Origin: Chthoniobacterales bacterium
GTDB taxonomy: Bacteria > Verrucomicrobiota > Verrucomicrobiia > Chthoniobacterales > UBA10450
Length of the DNA: 64,000 nucleotides
Assembly (NCBI GenBank): GCA_035644055.1
Contig: DASQPH010000033.1
Location: forward strand, 3,308 to 67,307
Reading direction: 5' to 3'
Every line of letters starts with the position of its first letter. Positions within the stretch are counted from its first letter, which is position 1. The translations under genes were made by a program, and so were the position numbers. Below the pieces are notes generated by a model. It was not told the DNA's origin and did not search any database. It was given only the letters and a program-made list of their open reading frames with translations. Of this stretch, positions 8,589 through 17,413 are shown piece after piece.

Positions 8589-10181
8589 CTAGATTTCGCA
8601 GACAATGCGGAAGCCGATGTCGTTACAGGAATAGTTCGGCGCGTTCGAGGCGCGAGCCGTGGCGCGCAGGTTGGTGAAACGTGATTTCCAACTGCCACCG
8701 CGACACATTCGCTTCATGCCAGAAGCGGGGCCGCGCGGATTTTGCTTCGGCGAACCGGCCAGCGGCTGGTAGAAGTCCAGGCACCATTCCCAGACGTTGC
8801 CGGCCATGTCTTCGATAGCGAAGAAACTCGCGCCTCGCGGGAAGGCGCCGACAGGCGAAGTTACCGGGTAACCATCGTTCATTTGTGGGTCGCGCCACGC
8901 GAACGCAGTGCTGGCATCGGCGAAATTAGCGAACTCGCCGCGACCGGAATTATTGCCCCACGGATATTTTCTGCCGTCGATCCCTCGCGCGGCGAATTCC
9001 CATTCGGCTTCCGTAGGCAGGCGGTAAGTCCTGCCATCCTTCTGGCTCAGCCACTCACAGAACTTCACCGCTTCGAGACTCGTGACGTAGACCACTGGAT
9101 GATCGGCGCCGGCGCCGTCCATTCTTTTCGTCTTATGCCGCGGATCGAACTGCTCAAACTGCGCGTTGGTGATCGGATGCTGCGCGACGTAGAAGGTGCT
9201 AAGACTCACCGGCGTGAGCGGTTGTTCGTTAGGTTGAGCTTCGGGATCATCACTTCCCATGATGAAATCTCCCGGCGGAAGCAGCACCATGGTTGCGCCG
9301 AAAGGATTAGTGAAACTCGGAGGTAGCTGGGTCGCAGCCTGATGTATCTTCGGAACAAAATCTGTGATTGATTTGACCGGTTCTTCCGTTGGCGGCGCGC
9401 CATTCCTGGATGGAAGCTTGATAGTCGGCTTGCAGTTTCCTTGCTTAACAAGGGTGAGCTCCTGGTCCTCGAGAAATTTATCGAGCAATTGTTCGCCGCG
9501 CGACGGAGCAATGCCGAGGTTTTCTGCAACCTGAGCGAGCATGGCGCGGACGGTGTAACTCGCACTCCCCATGTTGAGCGAGCCGAGGCAAAGAATGCGC
9601 AGGTACTCCTTTTCGGAATCTGCGCGCGAAGGGGCGGCGATCTGCGCGACGGGAGCAGGTTCGGGCACCAGCTTCGAACGCCGGGCGCCCTTCCGTTTCA
9701 GTTCTCCTTCAATGCAAGCGTTGATCTGCTCGTCGGGCAGGCCGTTGCTTTGGCCGAATTCCACCAGGTTCGCCTCGGCCTCGGCCGGCAACACCCCGCC
9801 CTTGATCGAAAAGCCGATGAACTTGATTAATTCGTCGAGCGCGTTCTGGTCCGCCTGGGCGGCCAGGCTTTCGTCTACTTCCTGCCGCCGTTGCGGATCG
9901 AGCAGATCCAGTCGTGCCTGAACAAGATAATCGGACGCCTCGGTCAAGCCGCGTCCCAGCAATTGCGCCATCGGATTGCTCGGCTGATTCTTCAGCGGGA
10001 GCTTGCTTTGCCACCACTGGAGAAGCGCGGCGCAATGCTGCTGGATTAGCTCGTCGCTGGGCTCCGATTCGGCGTCCAGGCAGAGGCGCTCGTAGGGGTT
10101 GTCCGCGCGATACTTGCTCCAGCCATCCCACTTCCGGGGATCGTCGGGAAAAACAGGGGGCGCAGAGGTGACGGCGAGCAT
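8589..10181 (-). CDS. Formylglycine-generating-enzyme (SUMF1/FGE-sulfatase) domain protein with a large unassigned N-terminal region
   Basis: C-terminal 260 aa: GDFIMGS...HPVVYVTSLEAVKFCEWLS...YRLPTEAEWEFAARG...YPWGN...GNVWEWCLD...RMCRGGSW...DIGFRIV. I place the start at ATG 10181 (MLAVTSAPP...). The 84-codon upstream extension in the ORF track (to 10433) overlaps the divergent gene and is Arg/Ser-rich. Confidence 0.8.
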   Translation of the reverse strand: MLAVTSAPPVFPDDPRKWDGWSKYRADNPYERLCLDAESEPSDELIQQHCAALLQWWQSKLPLKNQPSNPMAQLLGRGLTEASDYLVQARLDLLDPQRRQEVDESLAAQADQNALDELIKFIGFSIKGGVLPAEAEANLVEFGQSNGLPDEQINACIEGELKRKGARRSKLVPEPAPVAQIAAPSRADSEKEYLRILCLGSLNMGSASYTVRAMLAQVAENLGIAPSRGEQLLDKFLEDQELTLVKQGNCKPTIKLPSRNGAPPTEEPVKSITDFVPKIHQAATQLPPSFTNPFGATMVLLPPGDFIMGSDDPEAQPNEQPLTPVSLSTFYVAQHPITNAQFEQFDPRHKTKRMDGAGADHPVVYVTSLEAVKFCEWLSQKDGRTYRLPTEAEWEFAARGIDGRKYPWGNNSGRGEFANFADASTAFAWRDPQMNDGYPVTSPVGAFPRGASFFAIEDMAGNVWEWCLDFYQPLAGSPKQNPRGPASGMKRMCRGGSWKSRFTNLRATARASNAPNYSCNDIGFRIVCEI

Positions 10182-10317
10182 AAGGGTGACGGAGAAGACC
10201 TGGTGGCGCGCTCTGGGCTGCAACTTCTGTGCCCGGTCCGGAGTTTGGACGTCAGAGATTGGTGGTCGGCGCCGGAAAAGATTGGAAAAGCAGACGCGAA
10301 AGCGGAAGGATGAACCG

Positions 10318-10860
10318 GTGATCGCCGAAGAGCGAGCGATTCTGGAAAGGCTGGACGAGCTCGTGCGCTTGGCGGGTGCGCAGGCTGCGATTCGAACCGT
10401 CGTGGGGCGGGTCCGCGCAGAGTTGGCGCGCAAGCCGGAAGCAGTGATGACCTGGGAGCCGATGCCGTTGGCGGTCTACGGCAATCGTCTGCCGCCGGGA
10501 ATCCAGTCGAGCTGGGTTTTCATTCTGCGAGCGGGGATCAATACCGGACCGGAGCGCCATCCGAATAGCCATCAACGAATGATGTCGTTGGAGGGTGCCG
10601 GAGACATGCAAGTCCGCGCTGATTCGAAGTCTCCATGGCAATCCCACATTTTGAAAAACGATCCAGACGGCGGGCTGGAAACACGTTGGATTTCAATCCC
10701 ACAGAATGTCTGGCACCAGCCAGTCGTAGCGAAAGAGGCTGACTGGGTGGTCGTTTCCTTTCACACCGTCCTGGCCGAAGAACTAATCGAGGAGCGACCT
10801 GATCCGACTGGGATATCGGCGGCAAAGCGAACGACCTACTTGGGTAAGGATGGAGAATAA
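10318..10860 (+). CDS. Cupin-like hypothetical protein
   Basis: ORF 10099-10860. GTG at 10318 is preceded by GGAAGGA. Segment GPERHPNSHQRMMSLEGAGDMQV ... NVWHQPV resembles a cupin metal site. Confidence 0.5.
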   Translation: MIAEERAILERLDELVRLAGAQAAIRTVVGRVRAELARKPEAVMTWEPMPLAVYGNRLPPGIQSSWVFILRAGINTGPERHPNSHQRMMSLEGAGDMQVRADSKSPWQSHILKNDPDGGLETRWISIPQNVWHQPVVAKEADWVVVSFHTVLAEELIEERPDPTGISAAKRTTYLGKDGE

Positions 10861-11256
10861 ATGAATCAGTCCCTCGCAGGCTTTCGCTCAGCCGCACTGG
10901 TCGCAGTTGTTTTTGGAGCTATCGGTTCAATTGGTTTGTTGCGCCACGCACAACAACATCCGCCGCCGTTCCTGGCGTTTCTTTTCGTGATCTGGGTCTC
11001 TGCTCCGTTTGCAGTCCTGGGAGTCGCAAATCTACTTTCACAACGTTGGCCGCTCGCCCTTCGGAAGACTCTTTATGTTGTGACCTTGCTCATCACGATC
11101 GCATCGCTTGCTATCTATGTGGACGATAATTTTGCCCATCGAACCGTGCATCCGGCCGGAGTCTGGGTCGCCGTTCCGCCGGCCTCAGTGATTCTAAGTG
11201 GAGTAGCGATCGCAATTGCTCTGTGGCAGACTCGGAAGGGAACGACTAACACATGA
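10861..11256 (+). CDS. Small integral membrane protein
   Basis: 131 aa with four hydrophobic segments. The ATG directly abuts the stop of the upstream gene. Confidence 0.6.
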   Translation: MNQSLAGFRSAALVAVVFGAIGSIGLLRHAQQHPPPFLAFLFVIWVSAPFAVLGVANLLSQRWPLALRKTLYVVTLLITIASLAIYVDDNFAHRTVHPAGVWVAVPPASVILSGVAIAIALWQTRKGTTNT

Positions 11257-11543
11257 ATAAGTCCTCGTGGAAACGACCAAGCGCGTGGCTCCCTGTCCTG
11301 ATGTCGGTGACGGCACTGGCAATCGTGCTTATTCATATCGTCCGGTTCGGGACGGCGCGGGAAGCTGACGAAGGAACCTCGGCACATCTTTGGCAAATCC
11401 TCATGGCCGGCCAGGTGCCGATCATCGCGTTCTTCGCGATCAGGTGGCTACCGCGAAATCCAAAACCGGCGCTGCTAATCCTCGCGATCCAAGCTATCGC
11501 CGGCATCGCCGCACTAAGCCCTGTTTATTATCTCGGTCTCTGA
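11253..11543 (+). CDS. Small integral membrane protein
   Basis: 96 aa with three hydrophobic segments. ATGA overlap with the upstream gene. Confidence 0.6.
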   Translation: MNKSSWKRPSAWLPVLMSVTALAIVLIHIVRFGTAREADEGTSAHLWQILMAGQVPIIAFFAIRWLPRNPKPALLILAIQAIAGIAALSPVYYLGL

Positions 11544-11545
11544 AA

Positions 11546-12841
11546 TTGGACGTCGCCGCACCAATTAGGTCCTGGTCATCGCTGCGACGGATCGCATTCC
11601 GTTTCGTCTTCCTTTACTTCGGTCTTTACATCGTTACGACCCAGATGTTCTGGGGCGGCCTGGCCCCAATGGCAGATTGGGAACCGCTGGCCACGCTGCC
11701 GCCCTTGCGCCAGGCAATCGCCTGGATCGCGCGTCACATTTTGGGAGTAACAGCGCCATTGGTCATCGAAGGCAGTGGGAGCGGCGACAAGATCTTTGAT
11801 TGGGCTCATGTTTGTCTGCTCCTCGGCATCGCAGCCGTCGGAACGGCGATCTGGACCGTCGTCGATCGGAAGCGCGACAACTATTTTGTAGCACAAGACT
11901 GGTTCCGGCTTGCCGTGCGACTGGCGCTTGGAACAACCATGTTGAGTTATGGCGTATCTAAAGCTGTCCCACTCCAGATGGGTTACGGCCCTTCCTTGAG
12001 CCGGCTGGTCGAGCCTTTCGGAAACTTTTCACCGATGGGTGTGCTCTGGGCTTCAATGGCCTCATCGCCTGCCTATCAAAGCTTCACCGGTTGCACCGAA
12101 ATCCTCGGCGGCGTCCTTCTTCTCCTGCCGCAGACGGCATTGCTCGGCGCGCTCGTCTCTCTGGGTGTAGCTATTCAGATCTTTGTCCTGAACATGAGCT
12201 ACGACGTACCGGTGAAGCTCTTCTCGCTTCACCTAATCCTACTTGCCCTGCTTCTCATCCTGCCCGAACGAACCCGGCTCCGAAACTTCTTTCTCCTTAA
12301 CCGCACGGCGAATCCCGCGTTTGCCATCGTCACTCGAAGCCGCCGCAAATCCCGACTCATCCTGGCGGCGCAGGCTTGCTTCGCTATTTACGTCACGGCC
12401 ACCATGGCCTATGGCGCGAGACAGGGGTGGTCAGAATTTGGAGGCGGCGCGCCGAAGTCGCTTCTCTACGGGATTTGGGAAGTAGAACAAATGTCGGTCG
12501 ACGATGAAATCCGTCCACCCGTTCCAAGCGAGGAACAACGCTGGCGCCGCGTTATCTTCGATCGGCCTGATCGCACCAGCTTTCAACGCATGAACGACTC
12601 ATTGCTGACCTTCAACGCCAAACTTGATGCCAACAAAAAGACAATCGGCCTAACGAAAACTGACGATGCCAAATGGAAAGCTGCGCTCAGTTATGATCGC
12701 CCGGCAAACGACCACATCACTCTGAGCGGTGAAATGGATGGACATCGGGTCGCAATGGAACTGCGCCTGGTAGACCGCGAAACGTTCCTTCTCGTGAATC
12801 GCGGTTTTCACTGGGTCCAGGAGCGACCGTTCAACCGTTAG
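11546..12841 (+). CDS. DoxX-like membrane protein with a soluble C-terminal domain
   Basis: ORF 11390-12841. The first 52 codons overlap the previous gene, so I place the start at TTG 11546. Hydrophobic core includes GTTMLSYGVSKAVPLQ ... CTEILGGVLLLLP. Confidence 0.55.
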   Translation: MDVAAPIRSWSSLRRIAFRFVFLYFGLYIVTTQMFWGGLAPMADWEPLATLPPLRQAIAWIARHILGVTAPLVIEGSGSGDKIFDWAHVCLLLGIAAVGTAIWTVVDRKRDNYFVAQDWFRLAVRLALGTTMLSYGVSKAVPLQMGYGPSLSRLVEPFGNFSPMGVLWASMASSPAYQSFTGCTEILGGVLLLLPQTALLGALVSLGVAIQIFVLNMSYDVPVKLFSLHLILLALLLILPERTRLRNFFLLNRTANPAFAIVTRSRRKSRLILAAQACFAIYVTATMAYGARQGWSEFGGGAPKSLLYGIWEVEQMSVDDEIRPPVPSEEQRWRRVIFDRPDRTSFQRMNDSLLTFNAKLDANKKTIGLTKTDDAKWKAALSYDRPANDHITLSGEMDGHRVAMELRLVDRETFLLVNRGFHWVQERPFNR

Positions 12842-12856
12842 CCCGCCCAACCCTGT

Positions 12857-13714
12857 TTATAAGAAACGGAACGAACGCAAGATTTCGCCGGTATCACCTG
12901 TGCTGCCAGCGTCATCGGGATTCTTGATGTCGTGGCTGTAGGAAGTCCCGAGGATCAGAATGCTGACGCCGTTTCTTTTCCCGGGCGGATGAACAACAAT
13001 CACCTTTCCGAATATTTTGACGCTGGGCAGCTCCTTGAAATCGGCGCGGAAAAGCACGGCGCGGCTTGGCACGCCGCCTACCGTCACCGGAACCCGGGTT
13101 GTTTCCGTATAGTTATGAAAGGTGCCCGATAACTGTTGCCCCAGTTGATCGAGCAGCTTGTCATACAAGGCGTCGTTTTGGACACTCGGCGGATCAAACC
13201 AGGCCGAACCGACCGCGAAATTTTCGGCGGTGCTGTCGTTATTGTTACCGCCAGCCTTCTCGACTTTAACAAAGTTAACTTGCGACGCCGGCTGAAGCTG
13301 GAACGTCTTGGGATATTCGAAGCTAAAGGCAACAAAGTTCGTTTGAAGCTTTGCCGGCAGGTTGGCTTTCACGTTCGTGTAGGTGATCCATCCTTCTTTC
13401 GGTGACTTCGATTCCTTCTCGTCAATTGATTTTAGCGCTGACTTAAAGTCGCTCTTGAACTCCGTGATCCTTTGCCTGGCTCGGTAACTCAGCATCGCAA
13501 TGACCACGCAAATAATGATGATCAACGTAAGGCAGCCACAGCCGCCAAGAACCCAGGGCATCGCGCTTTTCTTCGCTGGCGGACCCGGCGGCGGCGTGTA
13601 AATGGGCGGAGGCGGTGGAGGCGCGGCGGTTTCCGGAGGAGCCGGCGGCGGAGTGAACGGGGGCGGAGGAGGTGGAGGCGGTGTCGGTTCGGATGGATTC
13701 GTTGGTTCGTTCAT
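12857..13714 (-). CDS. Single-pass membrane protein with a polyproline-rich N-terminal tail
   Basis: 285 aa. N-terminus: PTPPPPPPPPFTPPPAPPETAAPPPPPPIYTPPPGPP. TM segment: MPWVLGGCGCLTLIIIICVVIAML. A globular domain follows. Confidence 0.7.
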   Translation of the reverse strand: MNEPTNPSEPTPPPPPPPPFTPPPAPPETAAPPPPPPIYTPPPGPPAKKSAMPWVLGGCGCLTLIIIICVVIAMLSYRARQRITEFKSDFKSALKSIDEKESKSPKEGWITYTNVKANLPAKLQTNFVAFSFEYPKTFQLQPASQVNFVKVEKAGGNNNDSTAENFAVGSAWFDPPSVQNDALYDKLLDQLGQQLSGTFHNYTETTRVPVTVGGVPSRAVLFRADFKELPSVKIFGKVIVVHPPGKRNGVSILILGTSYSHDIKNPDDAGSTGDTGEILRSFRFL

Positions 13715-13835
13715 GACGTCGGGCGTTGCGAGAGGGAATTCTGTCAGCCGCGCGCAAAACCGTCAAGGCCGCCGGAGCGAGTACTTTTATGCGTCCAGGT
13801 CCTTCTTGATGTCCGAATTGGAGATTAGCATCCCT

Positions 13836-14345
13836 ATGAAATTCATGTTCAGCCGTTTTTTGTTCCCGGCCCTCGTTATCACTTTCGCCGTCGCGCCGCT
13901 TAACGCATCGGCTCGGACGATGCGCGACATTCCCGGGGTATCGCTCGCCGGTTTGCGTACCTACATGCCGCAGGAAGCTTATGACAGGCTTATTAGTGCC
14001 CCTATCAAAGCGTGGATCGTTATCCGAGGCCAGATCGTTGGCACCAAGATCTCGGGCGCGAGAGTCGTGCACTCCGAGGGAAACCACGTTTACGATAAGG
14101 TGTGCCTCCGCATGGCCGGTGAAATGGAGGTGATGACGGACGTGACCGCGAGCCGCCTGGCACCGGCAGTGGTCGTGAACGTGTTTATATTTCAGTTACC
14201 TAACGGGAACGAAGATGCGCTGGGGTACGCGCAGGACGACACCCTCGGCGCCAGTAACTTCATTTACTCGCGCTCGCTCATCATGAGAACGATCGGGGTG
14301 TCCAAACAGAAGCAACCGTCGGTCGCCCAGCCCAGGAAGAAGTAG
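13836..14345 (+). CDS. Secreted hypothetical protein
   Basis: ORF 13602-14345. ATG at 13836 gives the signal peptide MKFMFSRFLFPALVITFAVAPLNASA. The Gly-rich upstream extension is the antisense image of the Pro-rich gene. Confidence 0.6.
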   Translation: MKFMFSRFLFPALVITFAVAPLNASARTMRDIPGVSLAGLRTYMPQEAYDRLISAPIKAWIVIRGQIVGTKISGARVVHSEGNHVYDKVCLRMAGEMEVMTDVTASRLAPAVVVNVFIFQLPNGNEDALGYAQDDTLGASNFIYSRSLIMRTIGVSKQKQPSVAQPRKK

Positions 14346-14347
14346 CG

Positions 14348-15355
14348 CTACCTCGCCGGCGCCAAGGGCGGACTGGGTCCCGGCTTTGCTCCAGCCCGTT
14401 TGAGGAGACCAAACAGGTCGCTGTCGGTCGACAAAACGATTGTCGATTCCTTGGTCAAGACCTTCCGATAGGTTTCCATGCTTTTAAGAAAAGCGTAAAA
14501 CTCGGAGGCCTGCGGGTTCTGAGTGTAAGCGCGCGCGTAAATCTCGGTAGCTTTGGCATCAGCTTCACCGCGAATTTCCTGCACCTTGCGATAAGCCGTG
14601 GATTGGATCTCGTTCAGGTCGCGCTCCTTTTGTCCGGCTATGCGCGCCGCTTCGCCTTCACCTTCGGAACGGAAGCGCTGCGCGATCTGTCGGCGCTCGC
14701 TGATCATGCGCTGATAAATCCGATCCAGCACGTCGGGGTTATAGTTTACTCGTCTAAGTCTCAGGTCGAGTAACTCAACGCCGAACTCAGCCAGTTTCAC
14801 AGCCGCGGCTTTCTTGATTTCTTCTTCTATCTTGAGCCGGCCGAAGGCGATGGGCTGGAGCACACCAATGGTTCCCATTCCTACCGGGCCGGTCTTAAGA
14901 CTTTCGTCGTGCATCGGCTTCCTGTCCTTGTCTGTGCGCACGATCTCAATCAGGTCATGTTTCGCGATCGCGTTCCGAGTTTCGCTGCCAAGAATATCTT
15001 CCAGGCGCGATTGAGCGCTGCGTTCATCGTGGAGCCGGACGAAATAGGTCATCGGGGTGGAAATGCGCCAGCGCGCGTAGGTATCTACGTGGATGTAAGT
15101 CTTATCCCTTGTCGGAATGGCGACCGGAAGGCCGTCCCATTCCAGAAAACGCTTGTCGATGCGGTTCACGTCCTGGATCAAAGGCAGCTTGAGATGAAGG
15201 CCTGCTTCAGTTATCGGGTCGCCCATCGGCTGACCGAATTGAGTTATGATCACCTGGTCGGTTTGCTTAACGGTAAAGAAACAGCCAAGAAGAAGCCGGA
15301 AGATCAGGAAGGCGCCGAAAACAAGGACCGCCCAAAGACAACCGCGCCGGTTCAT
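14348..15355 (-). CDS. hflC: FtsH protease modulator HflC (SPFH/band-7 family)
   Basis: 335 aa with an N-terminal TM segment, then FFTVKQTDQVIITQFGQP...LHLKLPLIQDV... and a coiled-coil C-terminus. 4-bp overlap with the hflK stop. Confidence 0.9.
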   Translation of the reverse strand: MNRRGCLWAVLVFGAFLIFRLLLGCFFTVKQTDQVIITQFGQPMGDPITEAGLHLKLPLIQDVNRIDKRFLEWDGLPVAIPTRDKTYIHVDTYARWRISTPMTYFVRLHDERSAQSRLEDILGSETRNAIAKHDLIEIVRTDKDRKPMHDESLKTGPVGMGTIGVLQPIAFGRLKIEEEIKKAAAVKLAEFGVELLDLRLRRVNYNPDVLDRIYQRMISERRQIAQRFRSEGEGEAARIAGQKERDLNEIQSTAYRKVQEIRGEADAKATEIYARAYTQNPQASEFYAFLKSMETYRKVLTKESTIVLSTDSDLFGLLKRAGAKPGPSPPLAPAR

Positions 15356-16332
15356 CGTGCTGGCTCCGGTTTGAGGGAAAGCGGGAGGATCGGGAGCAGC
15401 TGCTTCATCGAATCGTCGATGATGATCTTAGGACCCATATTGGGTAGAACGTCGCCCATCGTTTCGAGGTAGAGCCGGGTCCGTGTGATCTCAGGTGCCT
15501 TAATGTACTGACCTAGCGTCGCGTTGAAGGAAGCGACGTCGCCTTCCGCTTCGTTCACCCGTTTGAAGCGATATCCTTCCGCGCCGCGCACGGTCTGATC
15601 GGCCTGCCCGCGCGCGCGCGGAACTGCCTCGTTGTAGTCGCCGTTGGCCACGTTGATCGCATTCTCGCGGTCCTGCTGCGCCCTGTTCACTTCGTTGAAA
15701 GAAGCCTGCACCTCCCGCGGCGGATTGACGTTCTTCAATTGGACCTGATCAACCCGCACGCCAAGCTTGTAACGCGTAGCCAGCTCCTGCATTCGCGCCA
15801 GCGCGGCCACCTCGATATCCTGCCGGCCAATCGTGATCACTTCGTCCACGGTCCGGTCACCGATGACTTCGCGCATGGCGGCTTCGGACAAATCGCGCAA
15901 GGTCTGGTTCGGATTGCGGACGTCGAAGAGGTACTCCTTTGGATCGGAGATCCGGTACTGAACGACCCATTCGACAAGCGCCGCGTTCAAGTCACCGGTG
16001 ACCATCGATTTCTCTTCAATCTGATCGCGGGCTGGCTGGTCGGGATTCGTATACCCCGGAGTGTAAAAACCGAATTCCAACTTTAGCTGCCGGCGCGTCT
16101 GGACCAGCGTGTATTCATCAATGCCCAACGGGATTTTAAAATTGAGTCCCGGCTCGGCGATCTTAAGAAAGCGGCCAAAACGCAGAACGACTGCTTCGGA
16201 TTCAGCAGGCACAGTATAGAAAGAACTCCAGATGACCACCAAACCCAGGAATACCACCGCGGCTGTGATGATCAGCCGCCAGGGCGGCTTCGGCAGGTTC
16301 ATGGTAACAACTGTGGGCGACTGGTTATTCAT
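15352..16332 (-). CDS. hflK: FtsH protease modulator HflK (SPFH/band-7 family)
   Basis: 326 aa. FYTVPAESEAVVLRFGRFLKIAEPGLNFKIPLGIDE..., typical HflK order upstream of hflC. Confidence 0.9.
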   Translation of the reverse strand: MNNQSPTVVTMNLPKPPWRLIITAAVVFLGLVVIWSSFYTVPAESEAVVLRFGRFLKIAEPGLNFKIPLGIDEYTLVQTRRQLKLEFGFYTPGYTNPDQPARDQIEEKSMVTGDLNAALVEWVVQYRISDPKEYLFDVRNPNQTLRDLSEAAMREVIGDRTVDEVITIGRQDIEVAALARMQELATRYKLGVRVDQVQLKNVNPPREVQASFNEVNRAQQDRENAINVANGDYNEAVPRARGQADQTVRGAEGYRFKRVNEAEGDVASFNATLGQYIKAPEITRTRLYLETMGDVLPNMGPKIIIDDSMKQLLPILPLSLKPEPAR

Positions 16333-16419
16333 GCAGCGTTGCGGCGCACGCTAGTGTAAAATGCCACTTCAAAGAAGCTCAAAGTTGTTTCGTGTCGGGA
16401 CGGCGATTTTTGGCGAACG

Positions 16420-16866
16420 ATGAAGACACTGAACATTCGGAAAGCAACCGTAGCCGACGCGCCGGCAATCGCGCAATTGAGCGGGGAACTCGGTTATTCC
16501 GTGAACGCTGGCACGATGCGAGAACGCCTCGAGCGCATTCTCGGGCGAGACGAGGACGTTGTCTTCGTCGCGGAAACAACGGAAGTCGTGGGCTGGATTC
16601 ACGCCGCGGAACGTGAGCTTCTGGAAATTGGAAAGCATTGCGAAATCTGTGGCCTCGTTGTCGGGAGCGGCCAGCGCGGGAAAGGCATCGGCCGCCATTT
16701 GATCGAAGCCGTCGAAGAATGGGCGCCGCGCCGCGGCTTAAAACAGATTTCTGTCCGGAGCAACGTCATCCGTCCGGAATCGCATCCGTTCTACGAGCGA
16801 CTCGGATTCGACCGCTACAAAACGCAGCACGCCTATCGGAAACGTTTGGCCTTGCCCGATTCCTGA
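16420..16866 (+). CDS. GNAT family N-acetyltransferase
   Basis: 148 aa. Acetyl-CoA motif VVGSGQRGKGIGRHLIEAVEEWA. Confidence 0.85.
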   Translation: MKTLNIRKATVADAPAIAQLSGELGYSVNAGTMRERLERILGRDEDVVFVAETTEVVGWIHAAERELLEIGKHCEICGLVVGSGQRGKGIGRHLIEAVEEWAPRRGLKQISVRSNVIRPESHPFYERLGFDRYKTQHAYRKRLALPDS

Positions 16867-16890
16867 GCGCGGAGTACCTTTCTGCGACCT

Positions 16891-17136
16891 ATGAAAAGGA
16901 CACCCGAACAAGTCGCGAAAGTCATCGACGATTTCGTCGATGGAGACCGGAACCAGTGGGAATGGGACGGGTTTATCTCGATTCGCATCGATGATCCGGA
17001 GCTGGAGAAAATCCGGCAGCGTTGCATCTCGGTCCGGGACGAATTTCCTCCGGATAAGGCGAGCGACTATTGCAGTCCAGCCGGCCTGGAAGTGATGCGC
17101 AAGCTCTCCGAAGGGCTACGCGCGAAAGCTGCCTAA
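16891..17136 (+). CDS. Hypothetical small protein
   Basis: 81-aa ORF with ordinary composition and no recognisable motif. Confidence 0.4.
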   Translation: MKRTPEQVAKVIDDFVDGDRNQWEWDGFISIRIDDPELEKIRQRCISVRDEFPPDKASDYCSPAGLEVMRKLSEGLRAKAA

Positions 17137-17413
17137 CGGCTGCTGAATTCCTGCGAACGCGCGCGAGAAATTCTTCTCGTGAACGCCGCGCCGCATTTCG
17201 GGGTCTTAGCTAGGCAAATGAAGACCATCCTTGGTTTCGCAATTTCCTTAACGAGCCAACCGCGTTGCCGGCAAAAGCGATTACCGCCTCGCTCAATCTC
17301 TACACGTTCAACACGCTTTACAGTTACGGTTACACCAACGTCTACGAACTCGGTCCGCTCATCGACGTGAAGAAATCGGCGCTGACCTTCGAAGGTTCGC
17401 GGCAGGCGCGTTG

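Noticed and set aside
10182-10433. The 84-codon N-terminal extension of the FGE-domain ORF (track start 10433)
   Set aside because: The extension is Arg/Ser/Ala-rich, overlaps the divergent + strand gene region, and an internal ATG at 10181 gives a sensible N-terminus.
13602-13835. A Gly-rich N-terminal extension (MGGGGGGAAVSGGAGGG...) of the + strand ORF 13602-14345
   Set aside because: It is the antisense image of the polyproline tract of the minus-strand gene 12857-13714. ATG 13836 yields a clean signal peptide.
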